DNA of 64,000 bases from the human T2T-CHM13v2.0 reference genome, Homo sapiens, in the NCBI RefSeq assembly GCF_009914755.1, contig NC_060934.1. One strand, 5' to 3'. The notes under the pieces were generated by a model. It searched no databases. It was not told where the DNA came from and saw only the letters and a list, made by a program, of their open reading frames with translations. Positions 19,793 to 38,554 of the stretch are shown one piece after another. The translations under genes were made by a program, and so were the position numbers. Position 1 is the first letter of the stretch. Every line of letters starts with the position of its first letter.

Positions 19793-20389
19793 TGAACTGC
19801 CCACCTCGACCTCCCAAGGTGCTAGGATTACAGGTGTGAGCCACCACGCCCAGCCTACTTTATTAGTTCCTTAACCCCCTGCAATCAGTTTCCCTCTCCC
19901 ATCACTCTCTTAAAGGTCACCCTATATTTGCCAATGTTCTCCTGAAACTATGTTATCTTCAGTAGATTCCATGAAGTTGACAATATCTTTACCTCTCAAA
20001 CAGTCCTCTAAGCACTTTTATGTCTTTGTTCCTACCCCCTAGATGAAGATATACCATCCCCACCCACCAAGGTACTATCATCAACCTGCTTCCCTTCTGA
20101 TTGTATTTCTTCCTTAATAATTTGATCCTCTTCTCAGCTCTATTTTTCATCATTATGGGACCAACTCTCCAAAGCCTATACTCTTCAACACTGATACTCT
20201 AGAAAGAACTCTCGGACCAGCACAGTGGCTAATGCCTGTAATCCCAGAACTTTGGGAGGCTGAGGCAGCTGGATCACCTCAGGTCAGGATTTCGAGACCA
20301 GCCTGACCAACATGGTGAAACCCTGTCTCTACTAAAAAATACAAAATTAGCCGGGCATGGTGGCACACACCCGTAACCCCAGCTACTCA

Positions 20390-20494
<105 letters not shown>

Positions 20495-20828
20495 TCAAAA
20501 AATAATAATAATAACTCTCACTTCCAACTATATGTTGGATGTCCTACCAGTATTTCAAGCTCACTATCACATGTTCACTACCAAGTTCACTGCTTGATCC
20601 TCCTACTGGATCCAAAAAATCTATTTCACAGAAATAACCCAAGTACCTTAGCTGCTCTTTCCTTTCCTGGCACTAAATTCATATAGTAAAATGGCTGCCA
20701 AATATCTACAGTAATGCCCTTAATCCAAATCTACAAACTATACCAAGAACTGCATAAGTCAGGCTCATGTTAAAATCTACAACAGAATTTCAAAATGCGT
20801 ATCTGATATGTGTAGTTAAAACTAAACA

Positions 20829-20932
20829 GTGCTCACTTCAGCAGCACATATACTAAAACTGGAAAGATAAAGAGAATATTAGCACGGCACCTGCACAAGG
20901 ATGACATGCAAATTCATGAAGAGTTCCATATT
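20829..20932 (+). pseudogene. U6 snRNA retropseudogene
   Basis: Full-length match to U6 (GTGCTC.CTTC.GCAGCACATATACTAAAA...GTTCCATATT) with ~12 substitutions, including ACAGAGA box to AAAGAGA; A-rich tail; intronic. Confidence 0.92.
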
Positions 20933-21242
20933 AAAACAACAAAACAAATAAAGTCCTTCCTTCAATTTTTGCTTAAAGAAGTCCCACAGGATTAGTGCAA
21001 AATAAGACTGGTAACGGGAGGGCCATAGCCAAATAAAGACTAAAGGCCAAGATGAACTATGATGGGGAAGGAGAGAGAGGACATTTACAGCAAAGGAAAT
21101 GAAGAAGTTTTCTAGAGAAATAAGACCAACAAGGAGGAAATGTGAAGAATAGTAAATTCAACTAAAAAAAAAAAAAAAAAGCCGAGCACAGTGGCTCACA
21201 CCTGTAATCCCAGCACTTTGGGAGGCTGAGGCAGGCGGGTCA

Positions 21243-21488
<246 letters not shown>

Positions 21489-22096
21489 CTAAGAGGCAGC
21501 AGACTGCCAGCAGGTGGGGGGAAAACAAAAGCAAAATTTGACAGTGCTTTTGAAAACAGCCAGACATTGAAAGAGCCACTAAAAGCAATACAGAGGGCTG
21601 TGGAGGAAACAACTTTAAGCTGGAACTGAAGAGTGTACCTAGAACCAGAAAAAGGAGAGTAAAAAAAGAGTAAAAAGCCCCCAAAGAACAGCACTAAAAA
21701 CCTGAGTTGCCAAAACCTTAGAGTGAAACCTAGAGCTATAAATAGTTGGGAGGCTCATTAACAAGTAAGCTGTATATACCTAGCAAGATTGTATGGTAAA
21801 GCCACATACATGAAATTTCCTTTGTGTGAACATAATTTATACCTTAAGTATCCCATATACTATAGACAAGGAGTTTATCCCTCCAGTTGGCTAAACAAGT
21901 GTGTACCGGGTTGTGGGAACGCAACGATATTGGGGCTAAGTGGTAGAAATAATAAAGAAAAAATGCCACTGTCCTAAAGGCATTGTCCTAAGGGCACAGC
22001 AGCACATATACAGACTCTGGGAAAAAACCCTCCAAACCCCATTATCTCAGGCTGCAATCACTGAAAAATCTAGCCAAAAATTTCCTGGGAGACTAA

Positions 22097-22210
<114 letters not shown>

Positions 22211-22315
22211 TAAGGAGATCGAGATGATCCTGACTAACACGGTGAAACCCTGTCTCTACTAAAAATATAAAAAAAATTAGCCGGGTATGGTCACACACGC
22301 CTGTAATCCAAGCTA

Positions 22316-22623
<308 letters not shown>

Positions 22624-22763
22624 TTAGAACTTAAGATATGCCTCTCTATAGAAAAAATACTTATATTAAAAGTAAATAGTCCATGCATTCACATTCCCCA
22701 TATTTAGCAATCCTAAATGTGGAACAGCTATCCACTAAGGATATACTACACCCAACCTTGTAG

Positions 22764-23078
<315 letters not shown>

Positions 23079-23203
23079 TAGTCTTAATAATGAAAAGCAA
23101 CTTAAATTCTTAAATACTGAAAATAACTCTTAAATTCTTAAATAATGAAAAACAACTCTGCAAGAACTCTGGCCCTTGAAATTTTATTAGAAATCATATG
23201 TTA

Positions 23204-23302
<99 letters not shown>

Positions 23303-24197
23303 CTAAAATGAGTTTTTTAAACAGATATATGAGATTTTAAAATATCAAACAGTACATAATTGATAGTAATATTCAACTAGTTATTTAATAGTTTCAAATC
23401 AGTTTTTAATTCTTAATCAATTTGCAGATTTCAATATACAATTCTTTAGCAGCAACTGTTAACAGTTACTGATTCTATGAATTATTAAGTTTTGGCTCTT
23501 TGGCTGTCAAATTCAAGTTAGAGATGGGTAAGAGAGAGTCAAGGAACTAAACTTTTAAAGTAAGTTAGAATTCAAGTGCTCCTCAAATTCCCAGTCCCAC
23601 TCTGCCATTCATGGCTCTCTCCACATATCCTTCCCTGGAATATACAGTCACATAGAAATAGATCTTTAAAGAATCCCCGTGTGAAACAAAAAAACTTAAA
23701 ATATTAGAATCTGAGAAATACAAGGTATAAAAAACACATTTCCTGCCTGTTGTCTTTACCCAACCTTTAACCCAATGAACAAATTATCCTCATACCTGGA
23801 ATACTCTCTTCTGTACTCTTAGGAGTTTACAGTCTAGTTGGCAACCATACACAACATTCATATAGAGCTTTTAAGCTTGTGATGGGTTGGTATGTATGTT
23901 ACCTGACTTAATCCTCATCACATTCATGAAATAGATCTGTGCTTCCCAAACCCAGAGGTCAGAATCACTTAGGGAAGTGTTGCTAGTCTGTTTTCAGTTT
24001 TTTGTACAGTGATAAAGTAACAATATTCAAATTCAAAAAATATAAAGATCAATAGTAAACAGTAAATAGGTCTCCCTCCCCCAGCCACTCAGCAGCTACT
24101 AAGTTCCTATGCTCATGAAGGGAACTCAATTTAACAAAAATGGTATGTGTTCAATCAAGACTTAAAGGAGTGCAAACTTTATTTTTATGTGTGACTA

Positions 24198-24401
<204 letters not shown>

Positions 24402-26232
24402 TTAGATAGATACATGATCTAGTCTCTCTGCAGTTACCTTGCAAGGTTCAGTGCACGTAAACCACTGGGCAGATCCACTGAGGGTCTCACCAACACCTCC
24501 CACTCGCCGTATCTAAAATTTAGCTTATCATTTACTCCACAATTGAGCCAGCTTCTTCTCCTCATTCCTAAGTTTTGTGGACATGTCTATGGCTGACATG
24601 GTCAACAAAAGTCAAAAATCCCCCATCCAGTCACCAAGTCCCATCAATCCCTTTTTCCAAACATCTTTCACATTCATTCTATCCTTCTTATTTTGACTCC
24701 TCCTATCTTAGTACGACTCCTCCTATCTTAGTACAGGGCTTCAGTCATTCATTTGATAAACAGGTACTGGACACCTACCATACGCTAAGTACAATATGCC
24801 AAGTATACTATGCTAAAAACATGTTAGCAGTACAAGGTGGAGGAAGACTCAGTTTAAGCCTCAAAGAGTTTATAATCAGGGAAAGGAAGACACTCTAATC
24901 ATTATAAATTTATAAGAAAAGGGCTACAACAGAGGTATGTGTGAAGTGTTATGGGGCAGGAAGTAGAAAATGGCAAGAGCTGACATTGGTAAGGTAAACT
25001 GGCCCTACGTTGTGAAGTGACTTTTACTATCATCTCATTTCTGAGATTTTCTAATTCTGATTTATGTGGTTTTTCCACGGCTTATATCATTTCCTTAATG
25101 TCTTTTAACTCATCTTGAAATATTAAAATTTTATTGTTTTGTGAGTGTCTCTTTCTGGCGTGCTTTTATTGTACACCTCGCCAAACTTTTTTTTTTTCTT
25201 TTTCTGAGACAGGGTCTCACTCTGTCACCCAGGCTAAAGTGCAGTGGCACGACCTTGGCTCACTGCAACCTCCACTCCACTCCACCCCACCTCACCCCCT
25301 TCCTATGGCAGAGGAAGAATCAGACAAAAATACAATGCATCTAGTGTTAGATTCAAAGTAGAGAATACATTTATGTTTCCTCTAATGCCTTCTCTTCCTC
25401 CTGTCCATCCTACAGAAAGTAGTCAGTTTAATGTTCTTTCCTCAAAACATTAAGAGGTTCCCCACTGCCTATAGAACCACAGCTTTCCACAGGCCCTGAC
25501 CTGTCATCTTTCTAGTACTTTCTCCAAGTTTTCTTAACTGAACTGGCAATTTGATTACTCTCTGCCTCTGTCATTCCCTAGGGTAGTTCCACCCTACCCA
25601 TCCTAAATCCAAGTTTTTCCCATCCTTCAAGGTTTAGCACATTTCTGAAGCCTTCCTGGCTGGCTCAGAAGTCATTACCTTCTCAAAAACTCAGAAAACC
25701 ACATTACAGCATTTCAGAGAAAGCTTTGTCATAAACTAATATGACTTTTATTTATATTTTGAGCACCACCTCCTCTAGGAAGCCTTCTAGTACCTATCAG
25801 TTACCAATTTCTAGTGTTCCCATAGGAGCCTGCATTTCTTCCATCACAGCAGTTGTCACACGGAATTACCATTGTCTCTGGGAGATCCACTGTCCAGTTT
25901 ATACATCACCAGGTGCCTCATCTCCTCATCTGGGCCCTTTTCCACTGTTCTCTATCCCACTGAATAAAGATAGAAATCTATGACCCAACAAGGCCAGCTC
26001 CTTTTCACTCACAATTAAACCATCACAAGCCTTGTTGATTTTACTTCCTTAATAAACCCTGAATCCCTAAACTATTCCTCTGTCATCACTCTACCTAATC
26101 CCAGCTGTTCTCTACTTTGGCTCTGATTTGTTCTCCACATTGCAGACAGAACTGCTTTCCAAAATGAAAATTTGATCATGCCAAAGCGTTCTTAAGCATT
26201 TCAATAACCTTTTTAGGTTAAAGACAAGAATA

Positions 26233-28316
<2,084 letters not shown>

Positions 28317-28938
28317 TTATTTCCCAAGGCTCAATCCTAACATTCTCGGGAAGCCTTCTTGACTCCTATCATTAAGCCAAATACCCCTCTTATGCACTCT
28401 CCCAGATTCACGAATATTTTCTTCCCAAAAGTTACCACTATTGCAATTTTTTTTTTTTTTTTTTGAGACAGGGTTTCAATCTGTCACCCAGCCTGGAGAT
28501 CAGCAGCACGATCACAGCTCACTGCAGCATCGACCTCCCCAGGCTCAGGTGGTCCACCTGCTTCAGCCTCCCAATTAGCTGGGACCACCACGCCCGGCTA
28601 ATTTTTTTTTTTTTCTGTATTTTTTGTAGAAACGGGGCCTTGCTATATTGCCCAGGCTGGTCTTGAATTCCTGGACTCAAGTGATTCTCTTGCCTTGGCC
28701 TCCGGAGTCGCTGGGATTATAGGCGTGAGCCACTGCGCCTGGCCCTATCACTATGGTAACTTTACATTTATCTGAATTCCTTTTTTTTTAGACGGAGTCT
28801 CACTCTGTTACCTAGGCTGGAGTGCAGAGGTGCAGTGTCGGCTCACTGTGCAACCTCCGCCTCCGGGTTCAAGCGATTCTCCTGCCTCAGCCTCCCAAGT
28901 AGCTGGGATTACAGGCACGCGCCACCACGCCTGGCTAA

Positions 28939-29283
<345 letters not shown>

Positions 29284-29559
29284 TAAAGCAGGAACTCCAT
29301 CTGTTGCAACACCTAGCACAGCGTCCGGCACACTGCAGTTCTTCAATAAATACTTGCTGCATGAAGCCCTCTCTTCACCACCACCCCCACCCCTCCTCCT
29401 CGCAAAAAAAAAAAAAAAAAAAAAATGCCCCAGGGAAGGGTCCCTATCTACTCTGTCCACCACTGCCCAGGGCCCATCAGTGGGCCCAATGGCTATTTGG
29501 CGAGTAAATAAATGGGGTCAGGAGAAACGAAGGGGAAAGGATGTGTCAGAGGCCAGGAC

Positions 29560-30020
29560 TGCCCCCTAAGATGGAGGAGGCCTAACTCTGGGAGCTTCCG
29601 CCTCTCCGAACGAGCGTCGCCAAGAGAAACCCCCTCAGAAGCGAAAAGGGCCAGGAAAAGAGGTCAGCCCCGGCCAGGCAAAGACATCACCTAAGCTCCC
29701 CAGCAGCCCCGTGTCTCTCCGCCTTTTCCTTCTCCCTTCCCGTCATGGGAAAGACTCCCGCCCGTGTCGTCACCTACACACACGAAAGAGACACAGGGAG
29801 AGAGGCTTCCATTCACGGTCACTCACAGGCGCAGCGGTTTCTGTGCCATCTGTCCGAATAGTATGGGTTGCGACTGCCACCTAAAATTGGGAATGCGAAT
29901 CCGCGTTCCCCGGAAAAATGCGACCGCGCAACAATCAGACGTCAGCGCCCTCCAGCCAATAACGGTTCACTTACTTACGGAGACCGCCGAGGGACAGAAG
30001 CCTCTCTCAGGTGTTTGCGC
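29560..30020 (-). promoter_or_regulatory. CWF19L1: CWF19L1 CpG-island promoter
   Basis: CpG-dense around the ATG; CCGGAA (ETS) ~29910, GACGTCA (CRE-like) ~29938-29944, CCAAT 29956-29960. Confidence 0.75.
29827..29849 (-). CDS. CWF19L1: CWF19L1 coding exon 1 (MAQKPLR L)
   Basis: ATG at 29849-29847 in a CpG island; GTGAGT donor; 23 nt, phase 2 into exon 2. Confidence 0.95.
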
Positions 30021-30166
30021 CTCAAGGAAGAATCAAGAGGGAAAGGGAGGAACGAAGGGAGAAAGAGAAAGTGACCGAAAGGATTCCAACTATGATTTTT
30101 TAAATTAAATTTCAGAGCACTTGAAGCGAATGAATGGCTAGGAAGTACAGAGCACAATGTCGGGTT

Positions 30167-30212
30167 CTAACCTAACCTAACCTAACCTAACCTAACCTAA
30201 CCTAACCTAACC
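30167..30212. repeat. (CCTAA)n/(TTAGG)n pentanucleotide microsatellite, ~9 units
   Basis: CTAA(CCTAA)8CC read directly. Confidence 0.97.
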
Positions 30213-31376
30213 ATATCGGTCTAGTGGGCAAGACAGACCCCCTCTATCCACGTTTTTTGTAAGTTTTTAACCTATCAAAAAGTTAAGAGGCCGGGCGTGG
30301 ACGCTCACGCCTATAATCCCAGCACTTTGGAAGGCTGAGGCGGGCGGATCACTTGAGGTCGGGCGTTCAAGACCAGCCTGGGCAACATGGTGAAACCCCG
30401 TCTCTTCTAAAAATACAAAAATTAGCCGGGCATGGTGGAGAATTGCTTCAACCAGGGAGGCGGGGGTTGCAGTGAGTCAAGATCGCGCCATTGCACTCCA
30501 GCCTGGACAACAAGAGCGAAACTCCGTCTCAAATTAAAAAAAAAAAAGTTAAAAGAATAATGGCTATTACCTTGATTCAGTAAGTCTCAGCATGTTGGCA
30601 AATTTGCTTGTGTTCTCTTTCTCTCAAAGTGCCCAAGCCCTTCCATTCTCACTCAATCATTTGAAAGTAAAGTACAGGCCGGGCGCAGTGGCTCACGCCT
30701 GTAATCCCAGCACTTTGGGAGATCCAGACCATCCTGGCTAACACGGTGAAACCCCCTCTCTACTAAAAATACAAAAAATTAGCCGGGCGTGGTGGCACGC
30801 ACCTGCAGTCCCAGTTACTCGGGAGGCTGAGGCAGGGGAATCGCTTGAACCCAGGAGGAGGAAGTTGCAGTGAGCCGAGATCGCGCCACTTCACTCCAGC
30901 CTGGGCGACAGAGCGAGACTCCGTGTCAAAAAATAAAATAAAATAAAGTGCGGACAACAGGAATACATCTCCATTCATCTCCTAAGATTAGGATATCCTC
31001 CTACATAACCGTAATACTATTAACACAGCTAAGAAAATTAACATTAATTATTCAATAATATTACCTAATATACATCCATATTTAAAGTTCTCCATATTTC
31101 CCTACAAACTGATTTTATATTTGGGGCTTGTTTTGATTCAGATGCAATCAAGTTTCACACTTGCATTTGGTTCTGTCTCTATTTTAATCTACAAAAGCCC
31201 TCCTACCTATTTGGTTTTAGTTTTTGTAATATTGACTTTTTTGAAGGGTTCAGGCCAAGTGGTAGGAAACAAGTGTGTAAGGAAATGGAAACAAGAGAGA
31301 GTTCCTGACGACTGCGGGGAAAGGAAGACTCATCAAGGGCATCTAAATAATTCAAAATTAATAAAACATAAGATTA

Positions 31377-31625
<249 letters not shown>

Positions 31626-32593
31626 TCAGCGAGCTATTACCTTGCCACTGCACTCCAGCCTGGGTGACACAGCAAGCCCTGTCTCAATAACCAAACAAAA
31701 CTACAAAGTTCTGGCTTTTCCCACAGCCTACAAGCCTTCTTTTTTGTTTGTTTCTTGCCTCATAACTGGTGGCTCTGCTTTGCTGGCACATAAGCATGCA
31801 TTTTTTCCTACTCTTTGGATAATACAGCACTGCCCAGGAGTAGCACTCAAGACTGAATCTTGAAGAAGAGTAGAAGTTTGCCAAACATGAGCAGGTAATA
31901 ATTCCCAGAAGAGGATACAAAAGTAAGACATAAAAACTCATCGTATTGAAAAATCAAAAGACTCCACGAAAAAGACTGTTAGAAATAATAAACGAATTCA
32001 GTAAAAGTTTCAGGATACCAAATCAACATACAAAAATCAGTAGCATTTATATGCACCAACAGTAAACAATCTGAAAAAGAAATCAAAAAAGCAATCTCAT
32101 TTACAACAGCTACAAAGAATATAAACTACGTAGGAATCAATTTAACTAAAGAAATGAAAGATCTATACAAGGAAAACTATACAATACTGATGAAAGAGGA
32201 CACACACACAAAAAGGAAAGATATTCCACGCTTATGGATTAGAAGAATTAGGCGGGCAGATCACGAGGTCAGGAGATCGAGACCTTCCTGGCTAACACGG
32301 TGAAACCCCGTCTCTCCTAAAAATACAAAAAAATTAGCCAGGCGTGGTAGCGGGCGCCTGTAGTCCCAGGTACTCGGAAGGCTGAGGCAGCAGAATGGCA
32401 TGAACCCGCGAGGCAGAGCTTGCAGTGAGCGGAGATCCAGCCACTGCACTCCAGCCTCTAGCCTGGGCAACAGAGCGAGACTCCGTCTCAAAAAAAAAAA
32501 AAAGAAAGAAAGAAAAAAGACAACACTACCTAAAGCAATTTACAGATTCAGTCCAATCCCCATCAAAATACAAATGGCATTCTCTAGATAGAG

Positions 32594-33530
<937 letters not shown>

Positions 33531-34307
33531 CTCTACAGAAATAGAAATAGAAAAAACAATCCTAAAATCTATATGGAACCACAAAAGACCCCAAAGAGCC
33601 AAAGCAATCCTGAGCAAAAAGCACAAAGCTGAAGGCATCATACTGCCCAACCTCAAAATCTACTACAAAGCTATGGTAACCCAATCAGTATGGTACTGAC
33701 ATAAAAATAGACACATAGACCAATGGAACATATATAAATCCATGCATTTACAGCCAACTCATTTTATGTCAATACCAAAAGTACAAAGGTGCCAAGAACA
33801 TTCAATGAGGAAAGGACAGTCTCTTCAATAAATGATTCTTGGAGAACTGGATAGCCCTATACTGAAGAATGAAACTCAACTCTATCTCTCACCATATACA
33901 AAAATCGCATCAAAATGGATAAAGACTTAAACCTAACACATGAAACTATGAAGCTACCAGAAGAAAATACTGGAGAAATGTTCCAAGATATTGATCTGGG
34001 CAAAAATTTTTTGTATAAGACTTCAAAAGCACAGGCAACAAAAGCAAAAATAGACTAATAGGATTATATCAAACTAAAAAGCTCTGCACAGCAAAGGAAA
34101 CAATCAACAAAGTGAAGAGGCAACCCACAGAATGGAAGAAAATATTTGCAAACTATCCATCTGACAAGAGATTAATAACCAGAATAAATATAACAAGGAG
34201 CTCAAACAACTCAATAGCGAAAAAAACCCACAAAAAATCCTGTCTAAAAATGGGCAAAGCCATATGTGGTGGTGCTTGCCTGTAGTCCCAGCTACTCAGG
34301 AGGCTGA

Positions 34308-34547
<240 letters not shown>

Positions 34548-35881
34548 TGAACTCCTGACCTCAGATGGTCCACCTACTCAGCCTCCCAAAGTGCTGGGAT
34601 TACAGGCCTCAGCCACTATGCCCAGTCCCAGGAGGACTGTTTGAGCCCAGTTTGATTCCAGCATGGGCAACATAATGAGAACTCATCTCTTAAAAAAACA
34701 AAGCGGGGGGAGCAAAAGATCAAAATAGACATTTCTCAAGACATACAAATGGCCAACAGCTATAAGAAAAAATGCTCAACATCACCAATCATCAGAGAAA
34801 TGCAAATCAAAGCCACAACAAGATATCACCTCATCCCACTTAAAATTTCCTATCAAGACGACAGGAATTAACAGATGCTGGCAAGGATGCAGAGAAAGAG
34901 GAACTCTTGTACACAGTTGGTGGGAATGTAAATTAGTACAGCCACTATGGAAAATTGTATAGTTTCCTCCAAAAACTAAAAATAGAACTACAATATGATC
35001 CAGCAAATTCCACTACTGGGTATGTATCCAAAAGAAAGGAAATCAATATATCAAAGAGATATATGCACTCTCATGTTTATTGCAGCACTATTCACAATAG
35101 CTAAAATATGGAATCAACCTAAGTGTCCATCAATGGATGAATGGGTAAAGAAAATGTGGTATATATACACAATGGAATATTGTTCAGCCATAAAAGGAAT
35201 GAAATTCTGTCATTCTCAGCAACATGGATGAAACTGGAGGTGATTGTGTTAACTGAACTAAGCCAAGCACAGAAAAGACAAATATTACATGTTCTCACTC
35301 ACATGTGGGAGCTAAAAAAGTGGATCTCATGGAGATGGAGGTAGATTGGTGGTTACCAGAGGCCAGGAAAGGTGGTGGGGACGTGAGGATGAAGAGTTTG
35401 ATTAGTGGACACAAATACAGAAGAAATAAGACCTATGATAGATCAGTAGAGTAACTATAGCTAATGTTAATCTATTGTACATTTCAAAATAGGTAAAAGA
35501 GAATAATTCAAATAATGTTCCTAGCATAAAGACAAGATAAATATTAAGGTGAAGGACATCCCAATAACTCTTGATTTAATATTTACACATTATATACATG
35601 TATTAAATTATCACTTGTACTCTGAAAATACATACATCTATTACACATCAATAAAAAAACTCATCCATTAAATTCTGTATTATCTTTGCAACTTTCCCGT
35701 AAATCTAAATCTATTTTCAAAAAGTTTATGAAAACTCATCCATGGGAATTTAAGGTGGCTGAAGATAGCTGAACACAGTGTAACAGGAAATAAAAACTTT
35801 TTAAAAATAGATCAACATGGCTGGGTGCGGTGGCTCACACCTGTAATCCCAGCACTTTGGGAGGCCGAGGTGGGTGGATCA

Positions 35882-36094
<213 letters not shown>

Positions 36095-36980
36095 TCATCT
36101 CAAAAAAAAAAAAAAAATAGATCAATACATGCACGGAAAAGGAAAAGGGTTGGAAGAAGGGGTAAGACTGATTCTATGTTAAGATAGTAGAGTTACAGTT
36201 TAATTCTTTTGTTTTTTATTTAAGAAAAATGTTTAAATAGGGGCCTTATGTTAGGCACGGTGGTTCATGCCTACAATCTCAGCACTCTGGCAGGCTGTGG
36301 TAAGAGAATCACTTGAGGCCAGTTCAAGACCAGCCTGGACAACATAGTGAGACTCCATCTGTATAAAAAATAATTAGCAAGGCATGGTGGAGCGTGCTGG
36401 TAGTCCCAGCTATTCAGGAGGCTGAGGTGGGAAGATCAGTTGAGCCTAGGAGGTCAAGGTGAGCTATTATCACACCACCACACTCCAGCCTGGGTGACAA
36501 TAGAGACCCTGTCTATAAACAAACAAAAAAACACAAGGGACTTGTATGCATAATGAAAGTCTAGATTTTTCAGAGGCCATGATAAGTCACTACAGGGTTC
36601 TAAGCAGGAGTAATAGGGCCAGTTTACATTTTTAAGATTGCTCTGGCAGCAGTGTGGAGGGTGGTTGGAAGGGACAGTTAAGATGAGAAGAGACCACAGC
36701 AACAGTCCAGGAAGAACAGAGGATAAATGATGACTGTCTGGAACAGAGGGGAAATGACAGAAACAGAAGTAAGAAACTCTTTGGGATATGTAATTGGGGA
36801 CCTCAGACACCTTCCCAGCTGCTAATGTTGTGTTCTGGGTAAGGCTGCCTATCTTTCAACCTAGACTGGTCAGTCAGTATGTCCCATTGTCTGATGTTTT
36901 TAGTGTGCAAAGAAGTCGATTAGGTCCCTAAGATCCCCCCAAATCCTACATACACAGTAGGAAGGTATTTTATAAAATCC

Positions 36981-36986
36981 TTTATT
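36981..36986 (-). terminator. BLOC1S2: Likely BLOC1S2 polyadenylation signal AATAAA
   Basis: Minus-strand AATAAA ~750 nt after the stop, at the end of unique UTR-like sequence. Confidence 0.6.
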
Positions 36987-37727
36987 TTATGAGTGGCAAT
37001 CGTCACCTCCCTACCCAACACATAAACACACATACCCATCTAGTCTTTGTTTTCATCACATTTCCCAAACTGATCGCATGTCAATGTGACTCACATAGAA
37101 AATAAACAAGAGGGGCCCATCACATACGCCAAGTTATCAATACTCCTTTCACCATTTCTGCTCAATCTAGAAGACTCAGCTTGGAATTATTTTAAGATTT
37201 TATGTTATTTGCAATATTATGGAAAAGTAAGTTACCGACATTCACAAGGTGATAAGCTGCAAAGAACAAGTTTGTTTTGTTTTCCTTTTTAAATTTAGAA
37301 TCTTGTTTACAACACATTAGCATCATTAACAGAAAAACGACCATTTACATAGTAACTAAAAAACCAGCCACTTAAGAAAATAATGTAGTAATCAACCACT
37401 ACCAGAGAAAATAGGTCCTCTCATTTGATTTTACTGGTAAGTCCAGCTGTTTTCTGAACTTTGTGAGAGTCTCTGTCCTGAATATGGCAAAGCATTCAAG
37501 TAAAAGGTAGGAAGTTATAAGTGTGAGATTCTGAGGGATTCTGTCTCAAAGAAGGTTCAGGAATAGCCACAGTCCTCCAGTTTACTCGAACGTTGAGATG
37601 TTCCTGTGATGACCAGCATAATTTCCTTTTGAGGAATTTTCACAATTCATCAGCCTCAGGATTCAGGTTTTATAAGACATTCTTCCACATTAAAAAAAAA
37701 AGACTCTGTCCCATAGAAATAAGTTTC

Positions 37728-37759
37728 TCATCGCTTCTCCAGCTTCTTGTACTTGGCTT
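37728..37759 (-). CDS. BLOC1S2: BLOC1S2 exon 5 coding part (EAKYKKLEKR*)
   Basis: CAG acceptor, TGA stop; total CDS 429 nt = 142 aa coiled-coil BLOC-1/BORC subunit. Confidence 0.95.
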
Positions 37760-38554
37760 CTGTGAGGGATGAGGGAGAGTTACATCTTTTAAAACTGGCT
37801 CTTACAAAGACAGTTTTTAGTTAGCATTTCCAGTCAAGTTTAAAAAATATGTATAATATTACTAAAAATCTATTAGCTTCAATCTCATCATCTGTCCAAA
37901 TATACGGATCACTGATCTGTAAAACTTGGAATAAGAATTCAAGCACAGACACTCAGAACTGAGAGCCTAACACAGGTTCACGAAGTCCTCACCCTGTCAA
38001 CAGCACCTACTTAGACAGCTCCACCAGGATGGGGCACATCTGTCACTTGACCTATCGGGAGCCTTACTAAAAAACTGCCTCTCTCAGCACTGTCCCAGGT
38101 GCCCTCTGGAACCAGACTGGAACCCTCAGGAAGTATAAATGTATGTTTCCTCCTGTATGTTCTTATCCTTACACCTTACTCCAGGAAAGCAATTTTGAAA
38201 GATACAGATATTTAAAAGGCCATCAAATAAGCCTCTTACTCTGACATTCCGTTTTTCTATTAAAACCATGAAAGCACCTGGTTTCACAATTTTAACAGAA
38301 AAAGGGACTCTGTCACAAATGGTTACTGTGAACCAAGATACTTTCTACATGGTAAGGTTACCCCTGCCTTCTACGCGGTAAGGTTCACGGTAATCACTGG
38401 CTAAATGTAACTGTAGAAAATAAAACTGATTGTTAATCGCCACCCATATCAAATCCCAGCCTACTACAAACTACTTTCTTGAAGTAGTCAGCCCTTGTTA
38501 AATGATGAAAATAAAATAATCTGTAAATGTTATAAGGACAAAAACAAACTCAGG

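Noticed and set aside
20829-20932. Functional U6 gene
   Set aside because: Mutated ACAGAGA box, CpG decay, A-rich tail, no evident PSE/TATA upstream
30167-30212. Insect telomere contamination or horizontal transfer
   Set aside because: Only 46 bp embedded in continuous primate sequence; slippage explains it
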